A stretch of 64,000 bases of DNA. Origin: an uncultured Acidobacteriota bacterium (GTDB lineage Bacteria > Acidobacteriota > Thermoanaerobaculia > Multivoradales > JAHEKO01). Shown piece by piece: positions 28,670-38,519 of this stretch (positions within the stretch are counted from its first letter, which is position 1; the number at the start of each line of letters is the position of its first letter). Below the pieces are notes generated by a model, which had not been told where the DNA came from, did not search any database, and saw only the letters and a program-made list of their open reading frames with translations. The position numbers and the translations under genes are program-made. The stretch is taken from positions 32,001-96,000 of the forward strand of contig CAVQNG010000034.1 of assembly GCA_963713825.1 (NCBI GenBank), given 5' to 3'.

Positions 28670-31369
28670 ATGAGTGAGAAGTGGATCTATTTCTTCGGCG
28701 ACGGAAGTGCCGAAGGTCGTGGTGATCAAAAGCAGCTGTTGGGTGGAAAGGGCGCCGGCCTGGCCGAGATGAGTGGTCTTGGCATACCGGTTCCGCCGGG
28801 ATTCACGTTGACGACCGAAGCGTGCATTCACTACCACGCCAACGATAAGAACTATCCCGATGGCTTGGAGGAGCAGTTCGCCGCACAGCTGCATCGGTTG
28901 GAAGAGCTCCAGGGGCGGAAATTCGGGGACCCTCAGAATCCCCTTCTGCTGTCCGTCAGATCCGGCGGCCCCGTGTCCATGCCAGGGATGATGGATACGG
29001 TGCTGAACCTGGGCCTGAATCGCGACATCGTCGACGCTCAGGTTGCTGCCGGCGTCGACGCCCGGTTCATCCGTGATTGCTACCGACGTCTGCTGACGAT
29101 GTATGGAGATGTTGTACTCGGTGTTCCTCATGCCCGTTTCGAAGAAGTTCTGGCCGCAGTCCGGAAGGACGAAGGGGTCGAGACCGACTACGAGATATCG
29201 GCGGCTGGACTGGGAAGGATCGTCGAAGCCTTCGAGGCAATCATCGAGCGCAGTGGCAAGCCCTTTCCAAAGGAGCCGATCGACCAACTCTGGGGCGGTG
29301 TGCGCGCGGTGTTCGATAGCTGGAATGTCCAGCGAGCGCTTGACTACCGACGACTCCACGGGTTGCCGGAAGATTCAGGTACGGGCGTCAATGTACAGAC
29401 GATGGTGTTCGGAAATCTCGGTCCCGACTGTGCGACCGGTGTCGCTTTCACGCGAGATCCGGCAACCGGCGAGAACAGGATCTATGGTGAGTACCTGGTC
29501 AATGCTCAGGGGGAGGATGTGGTAGCTGGGACTCGGACTCCCCACGCCATCGCCCCACGCGACGGGTCGAGTGGCCTGGGTGACGACTTCCCCGAGGCCT
29601 TCGAGACCCTGGAGGGGGTCTGCGCCACCTTGGAGGACCATCGACGTGACATGCAGGACGTGGAGTTCACAATCGAGCACGGCAAGCTCTACATGCTGCA
29701 GACCCGGGATGGCAAGCGCACTGGGGCTGCGGCGGTCCGAGTTGCGGTGGAGATGGAGGAGGAAGGACGAATCAGTCTCCAGGAGGCCCTGTCGAGAGTC
29801 GTGCCGGAGCAATTGAACCAGCTTCTGGCCCCTGTTTTCGACCTCGAGGAGAAGCGGCTCGCTGTAACCGGTGACCGACTGCTGGCCAAGGGCCTCGCGG
29901 CCGGGCCTGGAGCGGCTTCGGGCCGCATCGCTCTATCGGCGGACCGAGCTGCTGAGATGGCGGAGTCCGGCCCGGTGCTCCTGGTGCGCGATGAGACTTC
30001 GCCCGAGGACATTGTCGGCATGCACGCGTCGGCTGGCATCCTTACCAGCCGTGGAGGCATGACCTCTCATGCGGCGGTGGTGGCGCGTGGCCTCGGTAAG
30101 CCCTGTATCGTCGGGGCCGGGGCGATCGCTGTCAACGAGGAGAAAGGTGAGCTTCGCGTCGACGGCAAGGTCTTCAAGGAGGGAGATCAGCTATCGATCG
30201 ATGGCACGACGGGTGAGGTGATTGCTGGGGAGCTGTCGCCCAGACCCTCCGAGGTGCTGCGCGTTCTCTTGGAGGGGCAGGAGGCCGAGTCACCGGTAGT
30301 CCATGCCTTTTCCGAGATCCTGAACTGGGCGGATGGCGAGCGGCGAATGAAGGTGCGGGCCAACGCTGACACGCCGCATGATGCGACAGTGGCGCGAGCT
30401 CTCGGTGCCGAAGGGATTGGACTGTGTCGGACCGAGCACATGTTCTTCGAAGAAGACCGGTTGCCCTGGGTTCGCCAGTTGATCCTGGCACAGGAGGAGG
30501 AGCAGAGGCAGGCGGCTCTGACCCATCTTCTGCCGGTGCAGCAGCAAGACTTCGTGGGCATTTTCGAAGCGATGGATGGGTTGCCGGTTACAGTCCGGTT
30601 ACTCGATCCGCCGCTGCATGAGTTCCTGCCCCGGGACGCGAAGGTGATCGAGCAGGTTGCCGACCAGATGGGCATCTCGGCCGACGAGGTGAAGGCGAAA
30701 TCGGAGGCGCTCAGCGAATTCAACCCCATGCTGGGTCATCGTGGATGTCGCCTCGGGCTGACTTCACCGGAGATCTACGACATGCAGGTGGAGGCCATCG
30801 TTCGCGCTGCCTGCACCTTGAGCGCGCAGGGTAGGGACCCACGGCCGGAGATCATGGTACCCCTTGTTGGTAGTGAAGAAGAGATGGCCCGATTGAGGGG
30901 TCGAATCGAAGCGGTGGTCAAACGGGTGAAGGAGGAGCTCAGCGCGGACATCGGCATACCCATTGGAACCATGATCGAGGTGCCCCGTGCTGCCCTCGTG
31001 GCGGATAGGATCGCCCTCTTCGCAGATTTCTTTTCCTTTGGAACCAATGATTTGACTCAGATGGCATATGGCTTTTCGCGCGACGACGCCAGCCGCTTTC
31101 TGCCGGACTATCTCGAATCGGGAATCCTGGCGACGGACCCGTTCGAACGGCTGGACGTCGAAGGTGTCGGGCAATTGGTCTCTATGGCCTGTGAGCGCGG
31201 GCGTCAAACCCGCAGTGATCTCAAGATCGGCATCTGCGGGGAGCACGGCGGCGAATCGCACTCCATCGACTTTTTCGAAACGTGTGCCCTCGACTACGTG
31301 TCGTGCTCACCCTATCGAGTTCCAATTGCCCGTCTCGCGGCAGCCCGCGCCACCATGAACAAGGCTTGA
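28670..31369 (+). CDS. ppdK: Pyruvate, phosphate dikinase
   Basis: LLGGKGAGL, SMPGMMDT, GGMTSHAAVV, GIGLCRTEHMF, FSFGTNDL, GICGEHGG. Confidence 0.97.
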   Translation: MSEKWIYFFGDGSAEGRGDQKQLLGGKGAGLAEMSGLGIPVPPGFTLTTEACIHYHANDKNYPDGLEEQFAAQLHRLEELQGRKFGDPQNPLLLSVRSGGPVSMPGMMDTVLNLGLNRDIVDAQVAAGVDARFIRDCYRRLLTMYGDVVLGVPHARFEEVLAAVRKDEGVETDYEISAAGLGRIVEAFEAIIERSGKPFPKEPIDQLWGGVRAVFDSWNVQRALDYRRLHGLPEDSGTGVNVQTMVFGNLGPDCATGVAFTRDPATGENRIYGEYLVNAQGEDVVAGTRTPHAIAPRDGSSGLGDDFPEAFETLEGVCATLEDHRRDMQDVEFTIEHGKLYMLQTRDGKRTGAAAVRVAVEMEEEGRISLQEALSRVVPEQLNQLLAPVFDLEEKRLAVTGDRLLAKGLAAGPGAASGRIALSADRAAEMAESGPVLLVRDETSPEDIVGMHASAGILTSRGGMTSHAAVVARGLGKPCIVGAGAIAVNEEKGELRVDGKVFKEGDQLSIDGTTGEVIAGELSPRPSEVLRVLLEGQEAESPVVHAFSEILNWADGERRMKVRANADTPHDATVARALGAEGIGLCRTEHMFFEEDRLPWVRQLILAQEEEQRQAALTHLLPVQQQDFVGIFEAMDGLPVTVRLLDPPLHEFLPRDAKVIEQVADQMGISADEVKAKSEALSEFNPMLGHRGCRLGLTSPEIYDMQVEAIVRAACTLSAQGRDPRPEIMVPLVGSEEEMARLRGRIEAVVKRVKEELSADIGIPIGTMIEVPRAALVADRIALFADFFSFGTNDLTQMAYGFSRDDASRFLPDYLESGILATDPFERLDVEGVGQLVSMACERGRQTRSDLKIGICGEHGGESHSIDFFETCALDYVSCSPYRVPIARLAAARATMNKA

Positions 31370-31572
31370 GCGCGGAGCGTGAGGCAGCTGACTCGGAATA
31401 GCCTGAGAGTCGTCAAGGAGCCAAGTGCGACCTGGGTCGTGTGAACATGTAGTGACAAATTGCCAAAAACACGCCGTCTGGCAGGCGGCTGTGGTACAAC
31501 GACTTGAGAATGGGGCGGGCGCACTGGCTTCTTGGGGCGCCGGGTCCTGACCAAACGGAAGGAGTTTTGCCT

Positions 31573-32598
31573 ATGCAGCCCATACGAGTGGGCCTGGCGG
31601 GATTTGGGAGGATTGGCCGGAATCTGTTCCGCATCCTCTACAAAAACCCGGAGGTTCGAATTGGTGCCATCAGTGATACGGCAGACCATGCAGCTCTCGA
31701 GTACCTCATCCGGTTCGACACGATCTTCGGTCCCTTTCCGGAGGAGCTGAGCGTCAAGGAGGGCAACCTCTACGTCCATGGCCAACAGATTCCGATGTTC
31801 TCGGGTCAGCGGCCGGGTGATGTCCCCTGGGGCGATCTCGGGATCGACGTCGTCGTGGAAGCGACCGGGCAACAGCGGACTCGTGAGGAGTTGGAAGGGC
31901 ACCTGGAAGCCGGGGCCAAGGCAGTCATCCTCTGCGCTCCTCCCAAGGACCCACCCGACATCACGATCGTGATGGGCGTCAATGATCAGGATCTTCGATA
32001 CGAAGACAGGATCATCTCCAATGCTTCTTGCACGGCCCACTGCGCGGCACCGGTGATCAAGATTCTGCAGGAGGCATTCGGGATCGAGAAGGCCTTCTTG
32101 AATACCGTTCACGCCTACACCAACCAGCAGCGTCTGGCGGATGTGCCGGCGAAAGACCCACGCCGTGGTAGGGCGGCAGCGGAGAACATCATTCCGCAGC
32201 GCACCAACTCGGCGCAGATGATCATGGGTCTGATTCCGGCGCTCGAGGGCCGAGTTACCGGCGAAGCGATGAACGTTCCGGTGCCGAACGGCTCCTGTGT
32301 CGATCTGGTCTGCTGGCACGAGAAGCCGGTCACCGTGACTGCCGTCAACGAAGTCATCCGGACGGCGGCATCCGGCAACAGGTGGGCTGGAATTTTGCAC
32401 TACGAGGACGACCCGATCGTCTCCAGCGACATCATTCGGAGCCCTTACTCGAGCACGTTCGACTCGCTTGCCACGATGGTTTTGAGAGATCGTGTTTCGA
32501 AGACTCTTTCCTGGTACGACAACGGCTGGGGCTATGCTCACAGAGTCGTGGACCTGATCCGCTGCTGGATGAAGCTGGATCTCGAGGAGGCTGCCTGA
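31573..32598 (+). CDS. Type I glyceraldehyde-3-phosphate dehydrogenase family, divergent copy
   Basis: GFGRIGR, SNASCTAHC, TVHAYT, WYDNGWGYA. Confidence 0.88.
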   Translation: MQPIRVGLAGFGRIGRNLFRILYKNPEVRIGAISDTADHAALEYLIRFDTIFGPFPEELSVKEGNLYVHGQQIPMFSGQRPGDVPWGDLGIDVVVEATGQQRTREELEGHLEAGAKAVILCAPPKDPPDITIVMGVNDQDLRYEDRIISNASCTAHCAAPVIKILQEAFGIEKAFLNTVHAYTNQQRLADVPAKDPRRGRAAAENIIPQRTNSAQMIMGLIPALEGRVTGEAMNVPVPNGSCVDLVCWHEKPVTVTAVNEVIRTAASGNRWAGILHYEDDPIVSSDIIRSPYSSTFDSLATMVLRDRVSKTLSWYDNGWGYAHRVVDLIRCWMKLDLEEAA

Positions 32599-33605
32599 TG
32601 GCACTGCGAGTAGGTATCAACGGCTTCGGCCGCATTGGAAGGAGTGTCTTCCGGATCCTGAGCGATCGGGATGACATCGAAGTGGTAGCCGTCAACGACC
32701 TCTACGAGAACCAGCAGTTGGCGTATCTCTTGAAGTACGACACGGTCATGGGGGTGCTCGACAAGGACGTCTCAGTCGAGGGCGACCTGATGTTCGTCAA
32801 TGGTGATCGAATCGCGATGATCGACGAGATGAACCCTGCCGACCTTCCTTGGGCCGATCTGGGTGTCGATGTTGTCGTCGAGTCCACAGGGGTCTTCCGA
32901 CTCCGCGAACAGCTGGAGAAGCATCTCGAGGCCGGGGCGAAAAGGGTCATTCTCACTGTGCCGCCGAAGGACGAGATCGACGCCACGATCGTGATCGGAG
33001 TCAATGACCAGGATCTCGACCCCGCGGATCGGATCGTCTCCAACGCCTCCTGTACCACGAATTGTCTGGCTCCCATTGCCAAGATCCTCGATGATGCCTT
33101 CGGGCTCGAAGAGGGATTCTTGACAACGGTCCATGCTTACACCAATGACCAGCGGCTAGCCGATGTGCCGCATAAAGATCGCCGCCGAAGTCGTGCCGCG
33201 GCCGAGAACATCATCCCTACGACCACCGGCGCAGCCCGGGCCGTTGGCAAGGTGCTGCCTCATCTGGAAGGCAAGCTGGACGGTATGGCGATGCGAGTAC
33301 CGGTGCCCGATGGCTCCATTGTGGACCTCGTCTGCCGATTCGCAGCCGCACCCTCGCGCCAAGAGATCAATGCGGCTGTTCGAGAGGCTGCCGAGGGTCC
33401 GATGAAGAGGGTCGTCGAGTACAGTGAGGTGCCTCTGGTGTCCAGCGACATCATCGGCAACCCGCATTCATCGATCTTCGATGCCTTGTCGACTTCGACA
33501 CAAGATGAGGGGTTCGCCAAGGTCGTATCGTGGTACGACAACGAGTGGGGCTACTCGAATCGGGTGGTGGATCTGATGGAACGCTGGCTGGAGATGGATA
33601 GCTGA
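32598..33605 (+). CDS. gap: Type I glyceraldehyde-3-phosphate dehydrogenase, canonical copy
   Basis: GINGFGRIGR, SNASCTTNCL, IIPTTTGAA, WYDNEWGYS; TGATG overlap with the previous gene. Confidence 0.96.
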   Translation: MALRVGINGFGRIGRSVFRILSDRDDIEVVAVNDLYENQQLAYLLKYDTVMGVLDKDVSVEGDLMFVNGDRIAMIDEMNPADLPWADLGVDVVVESTGVFRLREQLEKHLEAGAKRVILTVPPKDEIDATIVIGVNDQDLDPADRIVSNASCTTNCLAPIAKILDDAFGLEEGFLTTVHAYTNDQRLADVPHKDRRRSRAAAENIIPTTTGAARAVGKVLPHLEGKLDGMAMRVPVPDGSIVDLVCRFAAAPSRQEINAAVREAAEGPMKRVVEYSEVPLVSSDIIGNPHSSIFDALSTSTQDEGFAKVVSWYDNEWGYSNRVVDLMERWLEMDS

Positions 33606-33752
33606 TCGGGCGATTCATCGCTGCGCCGAGCACGCCTGCCGACTGGAGTGCTTGATCGCCTGAGTCGATTGGTCGACAATGGTTGTCGAGCCGCTCCGCG
33701 GCGCGCCACGGACGAGCGGAATCGGCAAATTCAGGAAGCCGGAGGTATTGGC

Positions 33753-35018
33753 ATGGACAAGGTGGTAACCGCGATTCTCGGTGGAGGGCAGGGTTCGCGC
33801 CTGGAACCTCTGACCCGTTATCGCGCCAAGCCGGCGGTTCCAGTGGCGGGGAAGTTCCGTCTCATCGACATTCCCATCAGCAACAGTCTGCATGCCGGAA
33901 TCGATCGGATCTACGTACTGACGCAGTTCAACAGCGCCTCCCTGCATCGACACATCGCCCAGTCCTACCGGTTCGATGTCTTCAGCCGCGGCTTCGTGAA
34001 CATCCTGGCCGCCGAGCAGAGCGTCTCCAATCGGGATTGGTATCAGGGCACGGCTGACGCTGTGCGTCAGAATCTGCCGCGCCTGATCTACAAGCGGCCC
34101 TCCGAGGTTCTTGTTCTGTCCGGCGATCAGCTCTATCTGATGGCGCTGAAGAACTTCGTCGAGTGGCATCGGGCCAATCTGGCGGACCTCACGGTCGCGG
34201 TCAAAGCAGTGCCGAGGACTGAGGCTCACGCTTTTGGGGTGATGAAGATCGATTCCCAGGGTCGGATCATCGATTTCGTCGAGAAGCCCCAGGAGGAAGC
34301 CCAAATCGACGAGCTGGTGGTGCCGCCACAGTCGTTGGAGCGTCTCGGATTCGAGCCCGGACCGGACCAGTGTCTGGCCAGCATGGGGATCTATGTCTTC
34401 AGGCCTGCCGTGTTGAAAGCACTCCTGGACGATACCGATGCGACCGATTTCGGGCACGAAGTGATACCGAGTGCCGTACCTGACCTGCGGGTGTATGCCT
34501 TCGGCTATTCGGGATACTGGCGTGACATCGGAACAATCGATGCCTTTCATCATGCCAACCTGGAGCTGACGCGGCCGGTTCCACCCCTGGATCTCTACAG
34601 CCCGAGAACACCGTTCTATACCCATCCGAGGTTCTTGCCGGGAACCAAGATCGATGACTGCTCGGTCCATCACTCGGTCATCTGCGAGGGAAGTGTCGTC
34701 TCCGGCGCCAGCATCAGTAATTCCATCGTTGGAATTCGGTCGATGATCCGCCAAGGAACCGTCATCGACAGCACCGTCATGATGGGAGCGAACCTCTACG
34801 AGTGGGAGTCCGATACGCCAGACGTGCCTCTGATCGGCATCGGTCGAAACTGCACGATTCGCAATGCGATCATCGACCTGGATTCGAGCATCGGAGATGG
34901 GGTGCAGCTGACCAATGAGGCTGGTCGCGATGAAGTCATCGAGGAGGAGTACGCCATTCGGGGTGGGATCATCGTCATCCCGAGAGGTTCTTCGATTCCC
35001 AGTGGGACGGTCATCTGA
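33753..35018 (+). CDS. glgC: Glucose-1-phosphate adenylyltransferase
   Basis: ILGGG.GSRL.PLT..RAKPAVP, LTQFNSASL, WYQGTADAVRQN, FVEKP, YWRDIGT. Confidence 0.96.
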   Translation: MDKVVTAILGGGQGSRLEPLTRYRAKPAVPVAGKFRLIDIPISNSLHAGIDRIYVLTQFNSASLHRHIAQSYRFDVFSRGFVNILAAEQSVSNRDWYQGTADAVRQNLPRLIYKRPSEVLVLSGDQLYLMALKNFVEWHRANLADLTVAVKAVPRTEAHAFGVMKIDSQGRIIDFVEKPQEEAQIDELVVPPQSLERLGFEPGPDQCLASMGIYVFRPAVLKALLDDTDATDFGHEVIPSAVPDLRVYAFGYSGYWRDIGTIDAFHHANLELTRPVPPLDLYSPRTPFYTHPRFLPGTKIDDCSVHHSVICEGSVVSGASISNSIVGIRSMIRQGTVIDSTVMMGANLYEWESDTPDVPLIGIGRNCTIRNAIIDLDSSIGDGVQLTNEAGRDEVIEEEYAIRGGIIVIPRGSSIPSGTVI

Positions 35019-35030
35019 CGACGCGCACCG

Positions 35031-38000
35031 ATGAAGCTCTTCCTGCCTGGCTCTTTGCGTCGACAGCTCGGAGTGACACCCGAGGCGATGGCCTCGAGAG
35101 GTGGACTGGAGCTCCGGACAGCGCAGGATAGCCGTGATCTGGCGTACCGACTGAAGTTGATCGCTCGGGAGCGAGGTGTCGCCGCCACGGCGCCCAGTGG
35201 CGGCACGATCCACGGCCTGGCCCTCCTCGAAGAGGTGTGGCAACGGCTGATCGGTCGCTACTTGCAGAGTCGGGATTCCAGACTCTTGCATCGAGCCCTC
35301 GAGGTGCTGGCACAGCAGATCGGCGACAGGACCCTGCAGGAGGTGCTCGACAGGTTTGCCGCGGATTTCCTGGTACTCGACGCTGTTGCCTGCGAGGACT
35401 CGGCGGTTGGCAGCTCCGGCAGCAGTCACCTGACCGATCAGCAGGAGGTCTTCAAGGAGCTCCTCGTCTTCTGGCTCATCCACTCCAATCCTGCTGTCGG
35501 CCCGCAACTCGATCTGCTGCACGACTGCGACCTCGTCAAGGAACCCCTGTTCGAGACCTTTGCGTCGGCCCTGGAGGAGTTTCTTTCGAGCCTGCCAGGC
35601 CTCGATGAAGAGGACGAGAGCCTGCTCGCCATGCTGCTGGCTCCCTATCGAGCCGCACCAGATTCCATCGGTGAACAGCTCCGCTTGCTGTTGGCTCGCT
35701 GGGGCAAGATCCTGGCTGGGCTAGAGGGTCAGATTCAGCTGGGAATCGACGTCATAACGGAAGAAGAGGAGCCTAGGTTCAGTGGGGGAGCAGGCCCGAT
35801 TCAAGCTCCATCCCTGGCCGCAGAGTCCGGCACCGGGGCGGCGAGCTTCAGTCTGGACGGGGATTGGATGCCGGAGCTGGTCCTGGTTGCCAAGAATGTC
35901 TTTGTTTGGCTCGACCAGATCTCGAAAGTTCATGGGCGACCGATTCGTCGGCTCGACGAGATTCCGGATCCAGCCCTGGAGGATCTGGCCCATTCTGGCT
36001 TCAGTGGTCTGTGGCTGATCGGAATTTGGGAGCGCAGTCTGGCCTCGGCTCACATCAAGCGGGAAGCGGGCAATCCCGAGGCGATGGCCTCGGCGTACTC
36101 CCTGAGGCGATACCAGGTGGCCGAAAGCCTGGGAGGTGATACGGCGCTGGATGTGCTGGAGCATCGGGCTGCGAGGCATGGGATCCGCCTCGCCGCAGAC
36201 ATGGTTCCGAACCACACCGGTCTCGATTCCGACTGGCTCCTGGACCATCCAGACTGGTTTCTGGGCGAGCCTGTCTGCCCTTTCCCCAGCTACAGCTTCG
36301 AGGGGCCGGACCTGTCTCCCTCCTCCGAGGTCGGGATTTTTCTGGAGGATCACTACTGGGACCGCAGTGATGCGGCTGTGGTCTTCAAGCGCCTCGACCG
36401 CAGGTCTGGCGACGCTCTCTTCGTTTATCACGGCAATGATGGAACATCGATGCCATGGAACGACACGGCGCAGTTGGACTATCTCAACGCGGAGCTGCGG
36501 GAAGCCGTCATCGGCACGATCGTCAGTGTAGCCAGGAGTTTCCCCGTCATTCGTTTCGATGCGGCGATGACTCTGGCCAAGAAGCACTTTCAACGGTTGT
36601 GGTTCCCGGAGCCGGGAGATTCGGGTGCGATACCCTCCCGCGCCGAACGGGGGCTGTCCAAAGCCGAGTTCGACCGCTACATGCCGAAGGAGTTCTGGCG
36701 CGAGGTCGTGGACCGGGTCAGCGTCGAAGCTCCTGACACCCTGCTCATGGCCGAGGCCTTCTGGCTGATGGAGGGCTACTTCGTTCGGACTCTCGGCATG
36801 CACCGCGTTTACAACAGCGCCTTCATGAACATGCTCCGCGATCGCAAGAACGCAGAGTACCGAGCGCTCATCAAGGAAACCCTGGAGTACGACCCGCGGA
36901 TTCTCGGTCGCTATGTCAACTTCATGAGCAATCCGGACGAAGCGACGGCGGTCGAGCAGTTCGGACGTGACGATTTCTACTTCGGCATCTGTACGCTGAT
37001 GGCGACGCTGCCCGGCCTGCCAATGTTCGGCCATGGGCAAGTCGATGGACTGAGTGAGAAGTACGGAATGGAGTACGCCCAGGCGTACCGCGACGAGCAG
37101 GCTGATGACGGGATGGTGGCGCGTCACCGTTGGCAGATCGCTCCTCTGCTACATCGCCGCGAGCTGTTCGCTGGCGTCGAGAATTTTCTATTCTTCGATT
37201 GCTTCCGCAGCAGTGGGGAGGTCGATCAGGACGTGTTTGCTTTCTCGAATGGCACTGCCGAGGAGAGGGTCGTCGTCCTCTTCAACAATGGCGAAGCTGC
37301 GACGAGAGTCCGGCTTCAGGAGTCGGTGCCGTTTCGACAAGTCAATGCTGGCGAAGAGACTGGCGCGGTGAGAACCAGAATGCTCAGCGAGGGATTGGGA
37401 TTGGGAAGTGATCGGCGCCTCATGGTGCGGTTCGTCGACCGCATCTCTGGTCAGGAGTTCCTGGTTCGCTCCGAGGGCGTGGCCTCGCAGGGTCTCGAGG
37501 TCGACCTGGAACCCTTTCAGTGCCGCGTGTTCGAGAATTTCACAAGTCTGTGGGATCAGGATGGTCGTTGGGGGCCATTGGCCTCTCGTTTGGCCGGCAG
37601 GGGAGTCGACGACCTTCAGGTCGCCCAGCGTGGGCTGGAGTTGGAGCCGCTGCACATGGCCTTCGAGGAGGCCCTCTCCACGCCACTGATGGGCCGCCTG
37701 ATGGAGTTGCCCGAGTCGGCAGATGGGAGCCGAAGTCAGGAATGCAAAGAGCTCCTGCAGAACGGTCTCAGTGGTCTTCTGGACTGGATCGCGCGTCGGT
37801 GGAGCCAGACCCGGGGACACGATTCCGAAGAGGCCGATGCCGAGGCTTGGCTTCGGGCTGTGTTCTCATTGCTGGACGATCCCGAATCGGCCGAGACCGC
37901 CGATCTGCCTGAGGCTGAGGAATCGAGCGAGTCGAAGTCAGTGCAGACCCTCAGACAATCGCCAGAGATTCTGGTAGGGCTGTCAGCCTGGCTGATGATC

Positions 38001-38486
38001 CAGGCGTCGACCGACGTCCTGCGTCGCTCCCTGGCCGATTCGGAGTTGATCGATGATTGGCGGCCGTGTGCGGGCGTCGAAGAGCAGCTGATGTCGCTGA
38101 ATGTGCCGTACGTCAGGGTTCGGGGTCTGTCGCAGACGCTGGACCTGGCTGTGCGAAGACGCTGGCAGTCGATGGACCCGCCGAGCACGCCTTTGGAGTT
38201 GCTTGGCTCATGGCTGGCCGACGAGGAGATACGACGCATTCTCGACGTCCATCGATTCGAGACGGAGGAGTATCTGAGGAAGGAGGCCCTCGAGATTCTC
38301 CTGCGTTGGCACTTCCTGCAGGCAGTCCTGTACGAGAGGATCGGTTTCGGCCCGGAGGACGTCGATCAGGAAGCTCGGGTCGAGGCTTGGTGGGAACTGG
38401 TCAATGGCGTCACCGAAATGGCGGCAGCTTCCGAATACCGGGTTCGAGATCTGCTCGACCGATTGGAACGATCGAGCGAACCCTGA
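35031..38486 (+). CDS. Large GH13 alpha-amylase family protein (1151 aa)
   Basis: DMVPNH, WNDTAQLDY, IRFDAAM, MAEAFW, NPDE; long N- and C-terminal extensions. Confidence 0.88.
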   Translation: MKLFLPGSLRRQLGVTPEAMASRGGLELRTAQDSRDLAYRLKLIARERGVAATAPSGGTIHGLALLEEVWQRLIGRYLQSRDSRLLHRALEVLAQQIGDRTLQEVLDRFAADFLVLDAVACEDSAVGSSGSSHLTDQQEVFKELLVFWLIHSNPAVGPQLDLLHDCDLVKEPLFETFASALEEFLSSLPGLDEEDESLLAMLLAPYRAAPDSIGEQLRLLLARWGKILAGLEGQIQLGIDVITEEEEPRFSGGAGPIQAPSLAAESGTGAASFSLDGDWMPELVLVAKNVFVWLDQISKVHGRPIRRLDEIPDPALEDLAHSGFSGLWLIGIWERSLASAHIKREAGNPEAMASAYSLRRYQVAESLGGDTALDVLEHRAARHGIRLAADMVPNHTGLDSDWLLDHPDWFLGEPVCPFPSYSFEGPDLSPSSEVGIFLEDHYWDRSDAAVVFKRLDRRSGDALFVYHGNDGTSMPWNDTAQLDYLNAELREAVIGTIVSVARSFPVIRFDAAMTLAKKHFQRLWFPEPGDSGAIPSRAERGLSKAEFDRYMPKEFWREVVDRVSVEAPDTLLMAEAFWLMEGYFVRTLGMHRVYNSAFMNMLRDRKNAEYRALIKETLEYDPRILGRYVNFMSNPDEATAVEQFGRDDFYFGICTLMATLPGLPMFGHGQVDGLSEKYGMEYAQAYRDEQADDGMVARHRWQIAPLLHRRELFAGVENFLFFDCFRSSGEVDQDVFAFSNGTAEERVVVLFNNGEAATRVRLQESVPFRQVNAGEETGAVRTRMLSEGLGLGSDRRLMVRFVDRISGQEFLVRSEGVASQGLEVDLEPFQCRVFENFTSLWDQDGRWGPLASRLAGRGVDDLQVAQRGLELEPLHMAFEEALSTPLMGRLMELPESADGSRSQECKELLQNGLSGLLDWIARRWSQTRGHDSEEADAEAWLRAVFSLLDDPESAETADLPEAEESSESKSVQTLRQSPEILVGLSAWLMIQASTDVLRRSLADSELIDDWRPCAGVEEQLMSLNVPYVRVRGLSQTLDLAVRRRWQSMDPPSTPLELLGSWLADEEIRRILDVHRFETEEYLRKEALEILLRWHFLQAVLYERIGFGPEDVDQEARVEAWWELVNGVTEMAAASEYRVRDLLDRLERSSEP

Positions 38487-38519
38487 GCCTGCCCCTGGGG
38501 TTCCGCAGCCCGTCTGATC

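Noticed and set aside
24789-31369. recO-glyQ-glyS-ppdK linkage
   Set aside because: A widely seen conserved gene order, not novel.
31573-32598. Divergent GAPDH as the ArsJ-associated arsenate-detoxification type
   Set aside because: No arsJ or other ars genes adjacent; the context is carbon storage.
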